Source of the DNA: Fonticula alba ATCC 38817
Taxonomy: Eukaryota > Protista > Nucleariida
Length of the DNA: 64,000 nucleotides
Strand: one strand, 5' to 3'
NCBI GenBank assembly: GCA_000388065.2
Contig: KB932207.1
Positions 1-12,175 of this stretch are shown here, piece after piece. The position numbers and the translations under genes were made by a program. Under the pieces are notes generated by a model that was given only the letters and a program-made list of their open reading frames with translations, was not told the origin of the DNA and made no database searches. The number at the start of each line of letters is the position of its first letter. The stretch's first letter is position 1.

Positions 1-49
1 CGCCCCTCGCCCCTCGCCCCCCTGCCCTGGCCTCGGCTGTCAATGATAT

Positions 50-1588
50 GCTGACACGTTGACAGATCCGCTGGCGCGCCCGCCGACGGTCCTGTCCCTC
101 GGGACCTCGCCACGGAGGGCGCTCTTCATGCCGGCCCCGGTCGGGGTCGGGAATGCTCCATCCTCGGTGGTCACCTCCCCTGCGGCCCCTGCGATTGCCG
201 CCCCGGCGCGGACCCTCACCATCAGCAACCTGTCGGATCGGGCGGAGCTGCGCCTCGGCCTCGGGCTGGTGGGCCTGCCGCCGGAGCTTACGCCGGACGC
301 GGTACGCGTGTCTTATCGGACGCGCCCGGCCCCGGGACCTGGAGGCCCTGCGCCGGCCATCCAGCCGGAGCCGGCCCCGGTGCCGGTCCCCCTGGCCCTG
401 GATCGGGTGGAGCTGCTTCCCCTTCCGGCTGGCGGGGAGCTCGCCCTGGAGGTGGCCTTGGCGGACACCCTGTGCGAGACCACGGCCGATGTGGTGCTCG
501 GGCTTTTCGACACGGACTCCTGGTCCCTGGGCGCCGGCCTGGTGTCCCTGCTGCGCATTCGTGGTGCGTTCCCTTCGGCGCCGGCCCCTGCTCTGGGCGC
601 TCAGGGGTTGCTTTCTCTTCCGCGGCTTCCGCCACTCTGTCCTGTCCGCCCACGCTGTCCTGCCCGCCCACGATGTCTCACCTGGCTCTCTTGTGCCCGG
701 TCTCCCCTCCCCCCCCCCCTCCTCTCTTCCTTCATAACCTCCCCTGCTTGCACATGCACGCACACATGCACACACGCACACGCACACGCACACCTACGCA
801 GTCGTGTCCATGCAAGCTGAGGACTCGGGTGGCTCCCCCGAGGGAGACTCCACACCTGACCCAGGGCAAGAGGACGCTCCGTCGGCTATGGCCCGACCGA
901 CGCACCACTCCTCGGCTGCCGGTCCGAGTGTCGACAACGACCAGCCGGATCTCGTGGTCTCCGCTCTCCTGGAGCCTGTTCCGGACAAGGACCATGGCGA
1001 TGGTGGGGATGCCGGCGGGGATGGCGTGCCAGCCCCCCCGGCGCCGGTGGCCCTGTGCCCCGCCCTGTCCGACCAGCGCCCTTATGCGTTGGTAGACCTG
1101 GGCCCGGGTGCGAATGCGGCGATGGTGGCCACCGGTCGATCCGGCCTCCGGGCTTCGGCTGTCCCCTTCGAGGTCCTCCTGCGAGTGACCCTCTCACCGG
1201 GGTATGCGGTCCTGCGTCAGGCCCCCGGGGCCCTTTCGGTGCAGACCACCGGCCAGGTGCGGCTTGCAAGGGTCCCCCCCCCCGGCCCGCCATTGGCCCC
1301 AATGTGATGCTTGCCGGTGGAAGAGCGCTAACCCATGCCTTGTGTCCCTCTTTTTTTTTCCCCTCCCCCACCCCTGTTTGCCCCCCTCCCGAGCAGATCT
1401 CCACCGGCCAGGGTTCCATCCAGCTGCCGGGGGATCCACGCCAGGCAGCCGAGCTGCGCCTGCAGGTCGATGTGTCACAGGCTGGGCCCCTGTACGGCAG
1501 CGCGACGATCAGCCACGCCCGGGCCGATGGCACGACCCAGCAGCGGACCCTGGTGTTCGGGGGCTTCATCGCCCCGAGTCGGGTGTAA
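50..1588 (+). CDS. 3' part of an uncharacterised multi-exon protein with beta-strand-rich segments (possibly Ig-like/ASH-type); 5' end lies outside the window
   Basis: Coding-like segments RTLTISNLSDRAELRLGLGLV...VSLLRIR, ...PFEVLLRVTLSPGYAVLRQ... and ...QAAELRLQVDVSQAGPLYGSATISH...FGGFIAPSRV* are separated by GTGCG-donor introns containing C-runs. TAA at 1586-1588. No family recognised. Confidence 0.55.
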
Positions 1589-4500
1589 GTCTCCCCCCCC
1601 CCCCTCCCCCCGCCTTCCCGGGTCCGCCAGTGTGGCCCGGGGACGCCCGAGCGGGGCCCATGCTCAGGCCGAAGCTTTGGCTGGCTAGATGTCGACGACC
1701 AATTGCCCCGCCGTGCCTCCCTCGCTCTTTGTTTTTCCCTTATGCGAGGCACGCCCACGGGCGTGGGGGGTGCTCGTGCTGGCACATATGCCCACACGCG
1801 CCCGCATACTCGCTCCCCCCGTGTCGGGGCCGGCCTGCGAGCCAGGCCAACTCTGCCCATGAGGGCCACCCGGTGCCACCGTTGGCATAAATACACATAC
1901 GCCGGGCCGCGGACCGAGGGTGTCGTCTCCGGGCCCTGCTCCGTTTCGCCGCCTCTCTCACTTCCCCGCCTGCTGACTGTGATGGGGATGATGTATATTC
2001 CCCAGCTGTCCCCCTCCCCTCCAGATCGACCTCTGTTCGGGATGGGAGACCGCGCACCGGAGCACCCGCCCCCCCCACAACATACTCCTTTGCTCCGTGA
2101 CTTCGTCCCCCTGGGAGGAGCGGGGGGGGGGGGGGGGGGGGGGGGGAGCGAGCGCGATCCTGCAATCTCCTGTTTTGAGGGCCCCAGCCCGGTGGGGGGC
2201 GTGGACGCAACGCACATACACGTCCTCGCGTATGCGCCCCTCCCCCCCCCCCCCCTCATAGACGGGAAATATTCCCTCCCCGAGACTGGCTGGCCGGCCG
2301 GCAGTTTCTCCCCCTCGCGCCCGCCGGCGCCAGTATGCTCTGTGGATGGGCGAAACACAACCGGCTTGCGCCCGAGGGCCCGAGCGGGGCCGAGGGGGGG
2401 GTTCTCCGGCTGGCGGTGGTTGCGCCGCTCGGCTGACGGCGCGAGGGGAACATGCGCTAGCAGGAGGCTGTCGCTCGCCGGCGCCGGACGCGCGAGGGGC
2501 CCCCCTCCCCTGCGCCGGTGCTCGCCCGCGCTGCGGTCCACGCCGCACGGAAGAGAAGGGCGCGCGCGGGCGGGGGGGGGGGGGGGGGCGAATCAGCTGG
2601 AGGGGCGCGGTCAACTGCCCCGGCCGGCGTGTCTCCAGCGATGACTGCCGGCCACGATCAGGGCCAGTGCCAACGGAGGGACCCGCTAAGTCAGCTCCAG
2701 TGTGCGGAACACCCCGCTGACAGATGGAGGTCGGGGCGGCGGCCGGGCGGGCGAGGGGCGGACCCGGCCTTTGCACGAGGGCCCTTGGCGGAAAAAAAAG
2801 CCCGCCGGTCCCGGGTACGCGTGCGGCGGCGAGTCCCGAGCGCGGAGGTGCGGCCCCGGGTTGGCTGGAAAAAAAAGCCGGCTTTATTCGCGGCCAGCTT
2901 TTTTGCATGAACCGCCGGCTCGCCAGAAGCGGTTGCCCTCGCCTCCCCCCCGGGGGGGGGGAGGGGGGGGGGGCGGGGCAGGCGGAAAGGTCGGCGGGCA
3001 CCCGCGCGCACCCTCTCTCGAGAGCATGCTGGCCACCCTCCGACCCGGGGGCAGTTTCCCGACGCGAGCCGGTGTGTCCCTCGGCGTGGGGGGCCCACTC
3101 CTCGGGCGGGCGGGGGGGGGGGGGGGGCACCCAGGGGGAGCCCCAGACCACATCCACTTCGGTGGATGTGCCCCTGCGGCGCCCGGGGGGTGGGAGGCCC
3201 CGGGGACGGTCGGCCTGCGTTCACTTGCAATGCCGTGGGTTTTAGGCATGCTGGCGCCCGGGCAGCCAGGGGCAAAGCAGTTCTGACAAGCCGCCCGTGC
3301 CGGGCCCGGACATTTTAAGACACCCGTTTTGGGCCACCAGGGACAGGCCGGAGCCTCCCGGCCAGCGCACGCCTCCCGGCGCTCCGGATCTTTCGGACGG
3401 ATTCCAGTGGCGCCCGCCCGCGGAAGACACCCCCGATGCTGGCGCGGGGGCGGGGCCGGGGAACACAGCGACCCCGCGGCCCGCCGGCGCGCCCAGTGTT
3501 GACTGGCCCTTGCGTTGGCAAGACGTGCCCGGGTGCCGCCCGGGGACATGCGCCGGCGCGCGGGCCCTCGGCCAAAGAGCGGCCCCGCTCCGAGGGCCGG
3601 GCGGGGGGGGGGGGCGCCGTTGCCCAAGCTGGGTTCTGCCCCGGCACTGGTCAGGGCCGCACCCGCGCGGCCATCGGCCCCCCCCCCCCCCGTCCGGAGG
3701 AGCTTTGTGAGATCTGACAGGAGATGGCGCCGGGAGCGGCGGGCAAAAGTGGACGCTGCCCCCCCCCTCCCCCCCCCCTTCCCCTGGGCACATATCCGCC
3801 CGTGCCCCCGGGCTGGGCAAGCGTCTACCATGTTAATACCGGGGCGCAATTCCGGTGTTTGGCCGCCGGCTCGGCCCCCGACACACCGCCACCGCCGGCC
3901 TGCACACATATACACGCACGCACGCACGCACGCACGCACATACACACACACGGGCACGGCCTCCGGGGACGCCGGGCCCCAAATTCCTGCGAAGTGTCCA
4001 GTATGTCAAGCAGCGGCAGCACCCGGGGCGCAAGACGTGCCCGGCCGTCGCGACTGCGGCCGGCTGCGCCCCGCCCTCGCCGGGACCCGGGGATGCCCCT
4101 CCCCCCCCCCCCCCCCCGTCTGAACCCCCCCCCCAGGGTCTCCCCGCGCAAGTGCGCCCGGGCGTGTGCCACTGCAGCGGTCCCCCCCCCCCGGGGGGGG
4201 GGAGGGCGATCAGACACGCGTGTCCTGGCCGCTCTCACCCGCGCCGCTGCCAGACGGCCCCCGCCCCGGGCCGGGCGTCTGCACAAAGGCAGACACTCGC
4301 CAACGCCCGCCGGGCCCGGGGCGCGTGTGAACAGATGTTCGCAAACCGGCATGCCACAGAGGGTCGCCCTCGGTCTGCAGGACGTATCAACACCGACCCA
4401 TTCACCAGGAGTCCCCTGTTGCCGCGCCAAGATGGGTCGCAGTTGCGCCCCCCGCCCCGTCTCTCCCTGCATGTCCCGATGTCCCCCGCGGATCATCGTT

Positions 4501-5220
4501 TACAACCCGCGGCCCACCTCGGGTCAAAGACCGAGAAGATCGGCTGGGTGGGCGGGCGGGCGGGTGGCGTCCGGCGAGGGGGGGGGGGGGGGGGGGGGNN
4601 NNNNNNNNNNNNNNNNNNNNNNNNNNNNNNNNNNNNNNNNNNNNNNNNNNNNNNNNNNNNNNNNNNNNNNNNNNNNNNNNNNNNNNNNNNNNNNNNNNNN
4701 NNNNNNNNNNNNNNNNNNNNNNNNNNNNNNNNNNNNNNNNNNNNNNNNNNNNNNNNNNNNNNNNNNNNNNNNNNNNNNNNNNNNNNNNNNNNNNNNNNNN
4801 NNNNNNNNNNNNNNNNNNNNNNNNNNNNNNNNNNNNNNNNNNNGGGGGGGGGGGGGGGGGGGCGGAACGGCGGCCAGCTTGCGGCCGGCGGCGCCGTGCG
4901 GCCCACGGCGAGGATGGTGGAGGCACAAAAGATGCCCACTTGCCGCCCACGCGATTAGAGGCCCCCCCCCCACACACACACCGCTTGCCCGCCCGCCCGC
5001 CCGCCCGCTCACCCGCCGAGCGCAGCCACACCTCCCACACACACACCCCGCCCCTCGTCACACACTCATCCCACACACACACACACACACACACACCCCT
5101 CTTCTACCGAACGGTGAGTCTTGTTTCATATGATCGACGCCTTCGATCTCGCATCGCTGCCCCTCTGCCTCCGCTCCCCAGCTGTGACTGACATCGCCAG
5201 CCTCGCCGACAGCCGCCACC

Positions 5221-5298
5221 ATGACTCAGATCCCCTCCGCCCTGATCTTGCGCAAGGAGCTCCAGGGTACGTACTCGCCCCTCCCTCCCTCGCGCGCG

Positions 5299-5382
<84 letters not shown>

Positions 5383-6448
5383 CCTCTGCTGCACTGCCTT
5401 TCTCCCCCTCTGACACACGGTCCTCCCGCGCCGCCCCGGCCATTACCATCTAGAGCTCATGCGCGACCCGGTTGAGGGCTTCTCCGCCGGCCTCGCCGAT
5501 GATTCTGACCTGTATGAGTGGGATGTCACCGTCATGGGCCCCCCGGACACCTATTAGTACGCACAGCCGCCCGATTCGCAGGCCCATGCATATGTGCACA
5601 CACGCCCGCGCACATGCACACGCCGCCAGAGAGCCCTTCCTCACCGCCTGTGTGCCTCGCGAACCCCCCCCCCCCCCCCATCTCCAGCGAGGGCGGCCTC
5701 TTCCGCGCTCGCCTCTCCTTCCCCCGCGACTACCCGGACAAGCCGCCGGTTCTGCGCTTCAAGTCCGAGATGTACCACCCGAATGGTGCGCCGCCAGCCT
5801 GGCCCGGAGATGCCGCCTCTCCCGGCGGGCTTCCCCCGCTCTTTCCACTCCTTCCCCCTTGCCTGGCTCTCCCTCTGACCCCCCTTTTGGCCCGCTCCCC
5901 CCGCGCACCAGTCTACCCCAACGGTCTGGTGTGCATCAGCATCCTCCACGCCCCGGGCGAGGATGAGAATGGCTACGAGGACGCCTCCGAGCGGTGGAAC
6001 CCGGTGCAGAACATTCGCGTACGCTGTCTCCCCCCCCCCTCTCCCTCCATTGCGCGCGCATGCGCCCCAACAACCCAACCACTTACCGCCTGGCTGTATC
6101 CCTTGCTCTCCCCGCCCCTCCCTCTCCCCCCCATCCAGACGGTCATGCTCTCGGTCATCTCCATGATGAGCTCCCCCAATGACGAGTCGCCGGCCAATGT
6201 TGACGCCGCTGTACGTGCACCATGTGCCCCTCGTCCACCCTGCTCCCCCCCCCCCCCCCCGGCTGTCTGCTCTTCTCTCTCTCTCCCTCTCTCTCTCTCT
6301 CTCTGTCCTCTCCCCCTGGACCTAACCCCGCATGCTTTCCTGTGTCTCCATGGCCTCCCACACCCTCCTGCAGAAGGAGTGGCGGGACAACCGGGACTCC
6401 TTCCGTCGGCGTGTCAGCCAGGTTGTCCGCCGCAGCCAGGAGGAGTAA
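5221..6448 (+). CDS. UBE2G1: Ubiquitin-conjugating enzyme E2, UBE2G1/Ubc7 class (6 exons)
   Basis: Spliced product MTQIPSALILRKELQELMRDPVEGFSAGL...YEGGLFRARLSFPRDYPDKPP...[35 protein letters not shown]...ESPANVDAAKEWRDNRDSFRRRV. Catalytic Cys and the class-specific acidic loop insertion are present. TAA at 6446-6448. Confidence 0.9.
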
Positions 6449-6606
6449 GTGCCCAAGCCTCGCCCGGCAATTTGCTAGCGCACTGCTGCACGCACGCGCG
6501 CGCGCGCGCCCCCCCCCCCCCCCCCTCCTTGGCCTCCTCCGGAATCCGCAGGGCAGATCATGTCATGCAGACCTGCCCCAGCACGGGGCCGAAGCAAGGC
6601 CCCAGC

Positions 6607-6639
<33 letters not shown>

Positions 6640-6889
6640 GGCCCACACATGGAGCATGGAGAGATCCAACCAGCCCGAGTGCGCGGGGGTGGTCCGGTGG
6701 AAGGGATTCAGCTGGAGAAACTGCCAAAGGGGATCGAAAGGCCATCACGGGCTCCTCTCTCCCCCGTGCATGCTTCGCTTCCCGTTCCCTTTGCGAACCC
6801 CAACCTCTGCCAGGGCCTTGGGCAGCTCTCTTCCCTCCCTCCACCCCCCCCCCCCTTCGTACTCTGAACCTGCAAGCGCACGTGCGCAT

Positions 6890-6927
<38 letters not shown>

Positions 6928-7681
6928 CGACACACAGGGCCAGGCACGCACAGGGGTCTCCCTAGATTTGGCCACCCATGCTGAGGCCCCCGCCCCCCCT
7001 GCATTTGCCCTGATCGTGTGTCTGTTGCTCCTTCTCTCCCGAGGGCGTGTGCCCTCCTTCCTGTCTCCGCCGAGGGCCGATTCGCGCACGTGCGTCTGCG
7101 CATGTTTACCTGCGTGCCGCCCGCCCCCCCCCCCCCTTTGTCCTTGTTGCCCATCTCGCACGCACAAATAGCAAATACATAAACATAAACCCAGACACTC
7201 GGAGACGACAGCTGCGTGTGTGCGCCAAATGGCGGCATGGAGGGGGGGGGATCACCTGCACGGCGAGGAGACATCTCACCGAAAGCGGCCTCCCCGGGGC
7301 GAGGGCGCGATCGTGAGGCGTCTCATTTGGGTATGCCCCTTCTGGCGCCCATACACATCCCCCAGCACCCTCCCCCGAGCGAGACGCCCTTTGGGGAGGA
7401 AACACGCCGACGGGGACGCCTCGCACCGGCACTGGGACACCGTGGCAGCAGTTCCCGAGGAAAGGCATTTCAGCCCCCCCCCCCCCCCCGCCCTTTGAAT
7501 AGCCATTTGGCCCACTGAGGCGCGGCGGCGGAGGAAAAAAAAAAAGCCCGATCAAGGCCGAGATGATGTCTATGGATCGGTGTAGTTGTCTGGCAAAGGG
7601 GGGAGGCGCAAAGGGAATGGGCAGACGGAGCAAAGGGACAACCCCCCCCCCCCCCCCCCCACGCAGGGGCGCGACAGGCGC

Positions 7682-8824
7682 TCACTTGCGAGAAGCCCCC
7701 TCATCAACCTCCTCATACTCGAAGACCTCGCCGAGGGCCTCGCGCAGAGGCACCAGGCGGATCGGCTCCGGCGCATGCGGGTCGCCACTCAGGTCAAACT
7801 GCAGCAGGTTCTTGTGCAGGTAGTAGTACCGGCCCTCGGCGTCCTTGGCGTTGGTCAGAGGGGGCCAGCCGTCAATCGGCACAATCTGCATGCCAGCGAA
7901 CGGCAGACCCGGCGGGGGAGCGAGGGGGACAGAGAAGGAGCCCCGGTCCAATGGTAGGCGTCCGCGTTTGCACACAGATGGTCAGACACCAGGCATGGCA
8001 ACCAGAAAGGCCGGGAGCGAGGGGGCGAGAAAAGGAGGGGAGGAGGGGGGGGGGGGGGGGGGCGGGAGGCAACTTGTCCATCGGCCAATAGATGGCCGCA
8101 TGCGGCGTACCTTGTCCACATCGACGACGGTGTGCACGGGCTTCCCCCAGAAGTTCATGGTGACCAGGGACAGGCGGCGACCACTCTCAAGCAGCTCGTA
8201 GTCGGTCAGCTGCGCGGAGATCCGGCCGTCGGCCGGCGGCAGGGCGTGGATCTCCGTGACATAGGTCTTGGTGAAGTGGTGGAAGAGGAAGGTCGTGCTG
8301 GCGGCCAGAGTACCCAGGATGCCGGCCACAAACATGCGCCCCTCCACCGGCAGGGCCGCAGTGTCCAGGCTCACCAGGGCCGGCATGGCGAAGGCCGTCG
8401 ACACGGCGCCCACCATGGACAGGAGCTTCAGCTTGCGCAGGCTATCCGTCAGCTGGCCCTTGTACAGGAGGTCCGGATGCGCAAAGGGATCCGGGAAGGG
8501 GTGATGCGGGTCCGGCGAGTCATCACCCGGCAGCCGGAGCCCCTCCTTCGGCCCGTCCGCCAGGGCATCCTCCTCGGAGAACTGGCTGACCGGCTCATGA
8601 GGGAACTGGCGCTGCTCCGGAGTCATGTTCCGGCGACGGGTAGCGTCATCAACCGCCTTGTTCGGGGTCGGGGTCGGGGTCGGAGCCGGGGCCGGGGTCG
8701 GGGCCGGGGCCGAGCCGGAGGAGTACGCCCGGAGCCAGGGGGCCGCCGTGACGGTGGCGGCGGTGCGGTGGCGAACCGCATGCGCGGCGAGCCCCCGGGC
8801 GTGGTGGGTGGCAAGGGAGAACAT
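7682..8824 (-). CDS. TMEM70: TMEM70-family mitochondrial inner-membrane protein (2 exons, 8824-8111 and 7885-7682)
   Basis: Arg/Ala-rich presequence-like N-terminus. LLYKGQLTDSLRKLKLLS, two hydrophobic helices, then FLFHHFTKTYVTEIH resemble TMEM70 LIYTGNMARAVFGVKCFS...LLHFITKGYVIRLY (comparison from memory). GTACGC donor and CAG acceptor join in frame. Confidence 0.7.
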
Positions 8825-9355
8825 GGGCAAGAAAGGCAAGGGGCGAGAGGGGCGAGAGGGGCGAATGGAGAAACCTGGCTGCAGGCGATGCCGAACGGAG
8901 GACCCATGCGCCGGAGTGGGCCGAGAAAACGCCACCAAGATCGGCGCGTGCAGCAAAAACGGCCCTGACGCATGCTCACGCACACACACACACACACGCA
9001 CACGCACACGGACATACACACACGGGCAGATGGAAACCACGAATGGGGGCGCGCCGGCCGAGGGCTGGACGCGCCCTGCCCCCACGCATCCACCACACAC
9101 GCACGGGCCCGCTCACGGAAGAGGGAGTCAAAAAAGCCCGGGCACATGCAGCCCCGGCCGGCTCTTGCTCCTCCCCGGGGCACCGGGGGCAGGGGGAGGC
9201 TTTCACACATGCGCGCGTGCTTGCACGAGGCAGGGCGCGCCCGGAGGAGGGGCAGATCGCAGAAGGCGGAGCTTCGGATCACGCGGCGCCATTCTGGACC
9301 CGGGCACGATGGGCTGCCAGCTTATTAATTGACCTGATTAATGCTCGTCCGAAAG

Positions 9356-9696
9356 ATGACCCTGCCACATAGTGGCCCGGCGCCCCATGCTCGGTTCCCA
9401 CCCGAATGTGCGGAGGGACGCCGGGGGGCAGGTAATCTCCCTGCCCCCCGGCCGCAGCCGTGGGGCACATGAACGCTGCGCATGTTAAATGCATCTCCAT
9501 TGGCAGCCGCGGGGTGCGGTGGTCGCCGTATCATTATGACCCTGCCACATAGTGGCCCGGCGCCCCATGCTCGGTTCCCACCCGAATGTGCGGAGGGACG
9601 CCGGGGGGCAGGTAATCTCCCTGCCCCCCGGCCGCAGCCGTGGGGCACATGAACGCTGCGCATGTTAAATGCATCTCCATTGGCAGCCGCGGGGTG
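9356..9696. repeat. Perfect direct repeat: two identical 161-bp copies (9356-9516, 9536-9696) with a 19-bp spacer, period 180 bp
   Basis: Sequence lines starting 9361/9541 and 9421/9601 are identical, as are the first 36 nt of lines 9481/9661. Each copy contains the 12-bp hairpin CCGGGGGGCAGG-TAATCTC-CCTGCCCCCCGG. Confidence 0.97.
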
Positions 9697-10007
9697 TTTC
9701 ACGGACCATCCCTGGATCGGGAAACCGGGCGTGTCCGCTCTCCTTCATCGCCGGCCCTTCCCTGTGCCTGCCCCTTCGCGTGGATGGAACGCCGGGCGGT
9801 GGATGTGTGTGTGTGTGTGTGTAAAGATAGGTGTATTTTGCCGGGGAAGGGTGGTCCTGGACTTTCTTCGGTGGCCAGTGCCTGATCAACAGGCAGGGCA
9901 TGGAGGACGGGCGAGGGAGACGAGGAGAGGGTGTGTCTGCGCATGTGTCTGTGCAGGCGTGTGCGTGTGCGTGTGCATGTGCATGTGCATGTGCATGTGT
10001 GTGCCCC

Positions 10008-10219
10008 TCATCGCATGTGCTCAACAATCGGACGAAGCTCCCCGCGCGAAGGGGATTCGGCGGCTGGGGACAACGGCGTCCCGGGAGCCGCATCGTCGTC
10101 GCCATCCTCCTGGGCCATGGCGATCGAGGGGGACCCATCGGCTGGCCCGACGCGGAGGTGGAGTCCGGGCGAGGGCCGATCGGATAGCCGGCGGTGGCGA
10201 GCCCCCGGCTCGGACCTGC

Positions 10220-10258
<39 letters not shown>

Positions 10259-12175
10259 TGCCACCACTGCCACCACCAGCAGCACCGCCAGCAGCCAGCA
10301 TGGTGCCGGCCACGCCACCGGCTGATTGAGGGGGCGGCGAGTGGTGCGAGTCGGTGCTGGCGGTCCCGGAGACCGATGTGCCGGCCGCCCCGCTGCCAAC
10401 CGGCACCAGGGGGATGGCCACCCCGCTGGAAAAGGTCGGCGAGTGATCCCCACCGCAGAGGTGCCCCGGGCCGGCGCCGGCGCCAGCACCACAGGTGCAC
10501 TCCCCGGACATTCGACACAGGGCGGCCGCATGCTCCAGGTCAATTTGCCGGTCAATGACCCGGCGCATGCGGGTCAGGGGGAAGGCCCGCGGACCGAAGA
10601 AGATGGTGTGAATATTCTGCCAGTAGGACTCCACCGCGAAGGGGTTGTACTTGTACCGACGGTTGAACTGTCACCGAGGAGGGAGAGAAAGAGGGGCGAG
10701 GGAGCAGGAGGCGCATTAGGACGGGGGGAGGGAGCGGGGCGGGGCGGGGCAGGGTGTTGGACCCCAGGCATCCTGGGGAAGGGGGGCGAACAGGTGCGCA
10801 CCCGCTCGATGGTGGTCATCTGGTGGTAGAGCAGGAGAATGTGAAGAGCCAGCAACACGGAGATCATCAGGACGAAGAGCACCGCCAAGGAGGCGAGGAT
10901 GATCGGGCCCGGGCGCAAGCGCAGGGCCTCGTGGAAGGACAGCGGCCCACCGCCGCCGCCGCCGCCGCCGGCAGCCCCGGGGGGGAGGCCGCGCGTGCAG
11001 AGGAGGTAATAGTGGAAGATGGCCACCCCGATCATGTAGATGCTCAGAAGCGGGATGGAGTGGACAAAGATCAGGAAGTGCCGGTAATTTCGCCGGCCAA
11101 TGCAATTCGACAGCCAGGGACAGTCTTCCCGAGCAGGGGCGCGAAGCGGGAACACGGGGAGTCAGCACACCGGCAGGTCTGGGCGTGCGAGTGCACCGGC
11201 AAGAAAAGGAGCGAGCGGGAGGATGCGCGCACGATGGTCAAAGCGATCTGCGATGAGCCAAGAGACAGTGGGCCCCAGGGTGGAGGGAGAGGGGGGGGGG
11301 GGGGGGAAGCAAGAGAGAATTAGTAACAGCACTCGTGGCTGTCAAGCGGCGGCACTGCGCGGACGGGACCACGGACCGACACAACGCCGGCACACGGAGC
11401 AGTGTGATGCGCGTGGCGGCCGGAAGAAGTAGCAGGTGACGCAATAGCGTAGCTCAACGCCGTGCATGGTGGATGGGCTGCCGGCGACGCAGTTCTTCGG
11501 TGGGGGGATGTGATCGGGCAGGATGAAAGCCACCGGGACCACTGTGTCCATGAAGGGGTCCTCAGCGAGCAGGTCCACCACTCGAATGGGCATGTACCTG
11601 GAGACAGACAAGCGGGAGGGTGAGTGGGGGGGGGGGGGGGAGGGAGGGGGAGGAAAAAAAGGGACAAGGCCACGGGGAACGGCGGACAGGGGGATGCCCG
11701 AGGAAGGGAGGGTGGCACAAATGCAGGCACACAATCAACGCACCCGGGATCCGACTGAGAGGCGGCCAGCATGGAGGCCACCGCGACCAGGGAGATGAGA
11801 CCAAAGATGATCGGCAAGGCCTTGTACCCATAACGCCACAGGTCCGGGGCGCTAATTCACCATGCCGACGACAGGGGGGTGGTCAGGTGAGAACCGAGGT
11901 GGCAGGGGGGAGCAAGCCGAGCGGCGCGCATGGCCGTCCCGGAGGCGGGGAAGCAGGATACACACGCACCAGGATGCGAAGAAGAGCACGATGGATCCCA
12001 CCAGCAGCAGAAACGTCCCGATGAAGCCGAGTCGCCTTGAGAGGGCATCCCCCCACCGCGACAGGAGAGATGCCGGCCGGGCGCCGAGCTCCTCCAGCCG
12101 CAGGGGATTGATCTCGCGCAGGGGATAAGGCGGCATCGGTCCCGAGCCGGCCGAGCGACCACGCGAGCCTCTCAT
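10008..12175 (-). CDS. DHHC (zDHHC) S-palmitoyltransferase, Erf2/ZDHHC9-like; start codon uncertain
   Basis: SQSDPG, then [46 protein letters not shown], further TM helices, MTTIE (TTxE motif) and KYNPF...YWQNI. TGA at 10008-10010. Confidence 0.92.

Noticed and set aside
1585-1590. GTAAGT as a donor extending the first gene (likewise 6445-6450)
   Set aside because: The E2 protein is complete at its TAA, and +4A donors are rare in this window, so both were treated as stops.
1690-5120. Many long overlapping Pro/Gly/Arg-rich ORFs on both strands
   Set aside because: Expected from high GC and homopolymer runs. No recognisable motif or consistent exon structure, although a real divergent gene cannot be excluded.
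5545-5560. Apparent in-frame TAG in the E2 gene (possible recoding)
   Set aside because: TA|GTACGC is a splice donor; the spliced codon is TAC (Tyr).
9356-9696. Repeat-spacer-repeat read as a CRISPR array, an LTR pair or a complete HDV-like ribozyme
   Set aside because: Units are 161 bp with only two copies and no cas genes; there are no TG...CA LTR termini; the 7-bp P1 and catalytic CNRA strand could not be found on either strand.
9645-9696. ATGA...AAA stem resembling a SECIS element
   Set aside because: The 3' GA of the non-Watson-Crick quartet is missing, and no in-frame UGA selenoprotein lies upstream on that strand.
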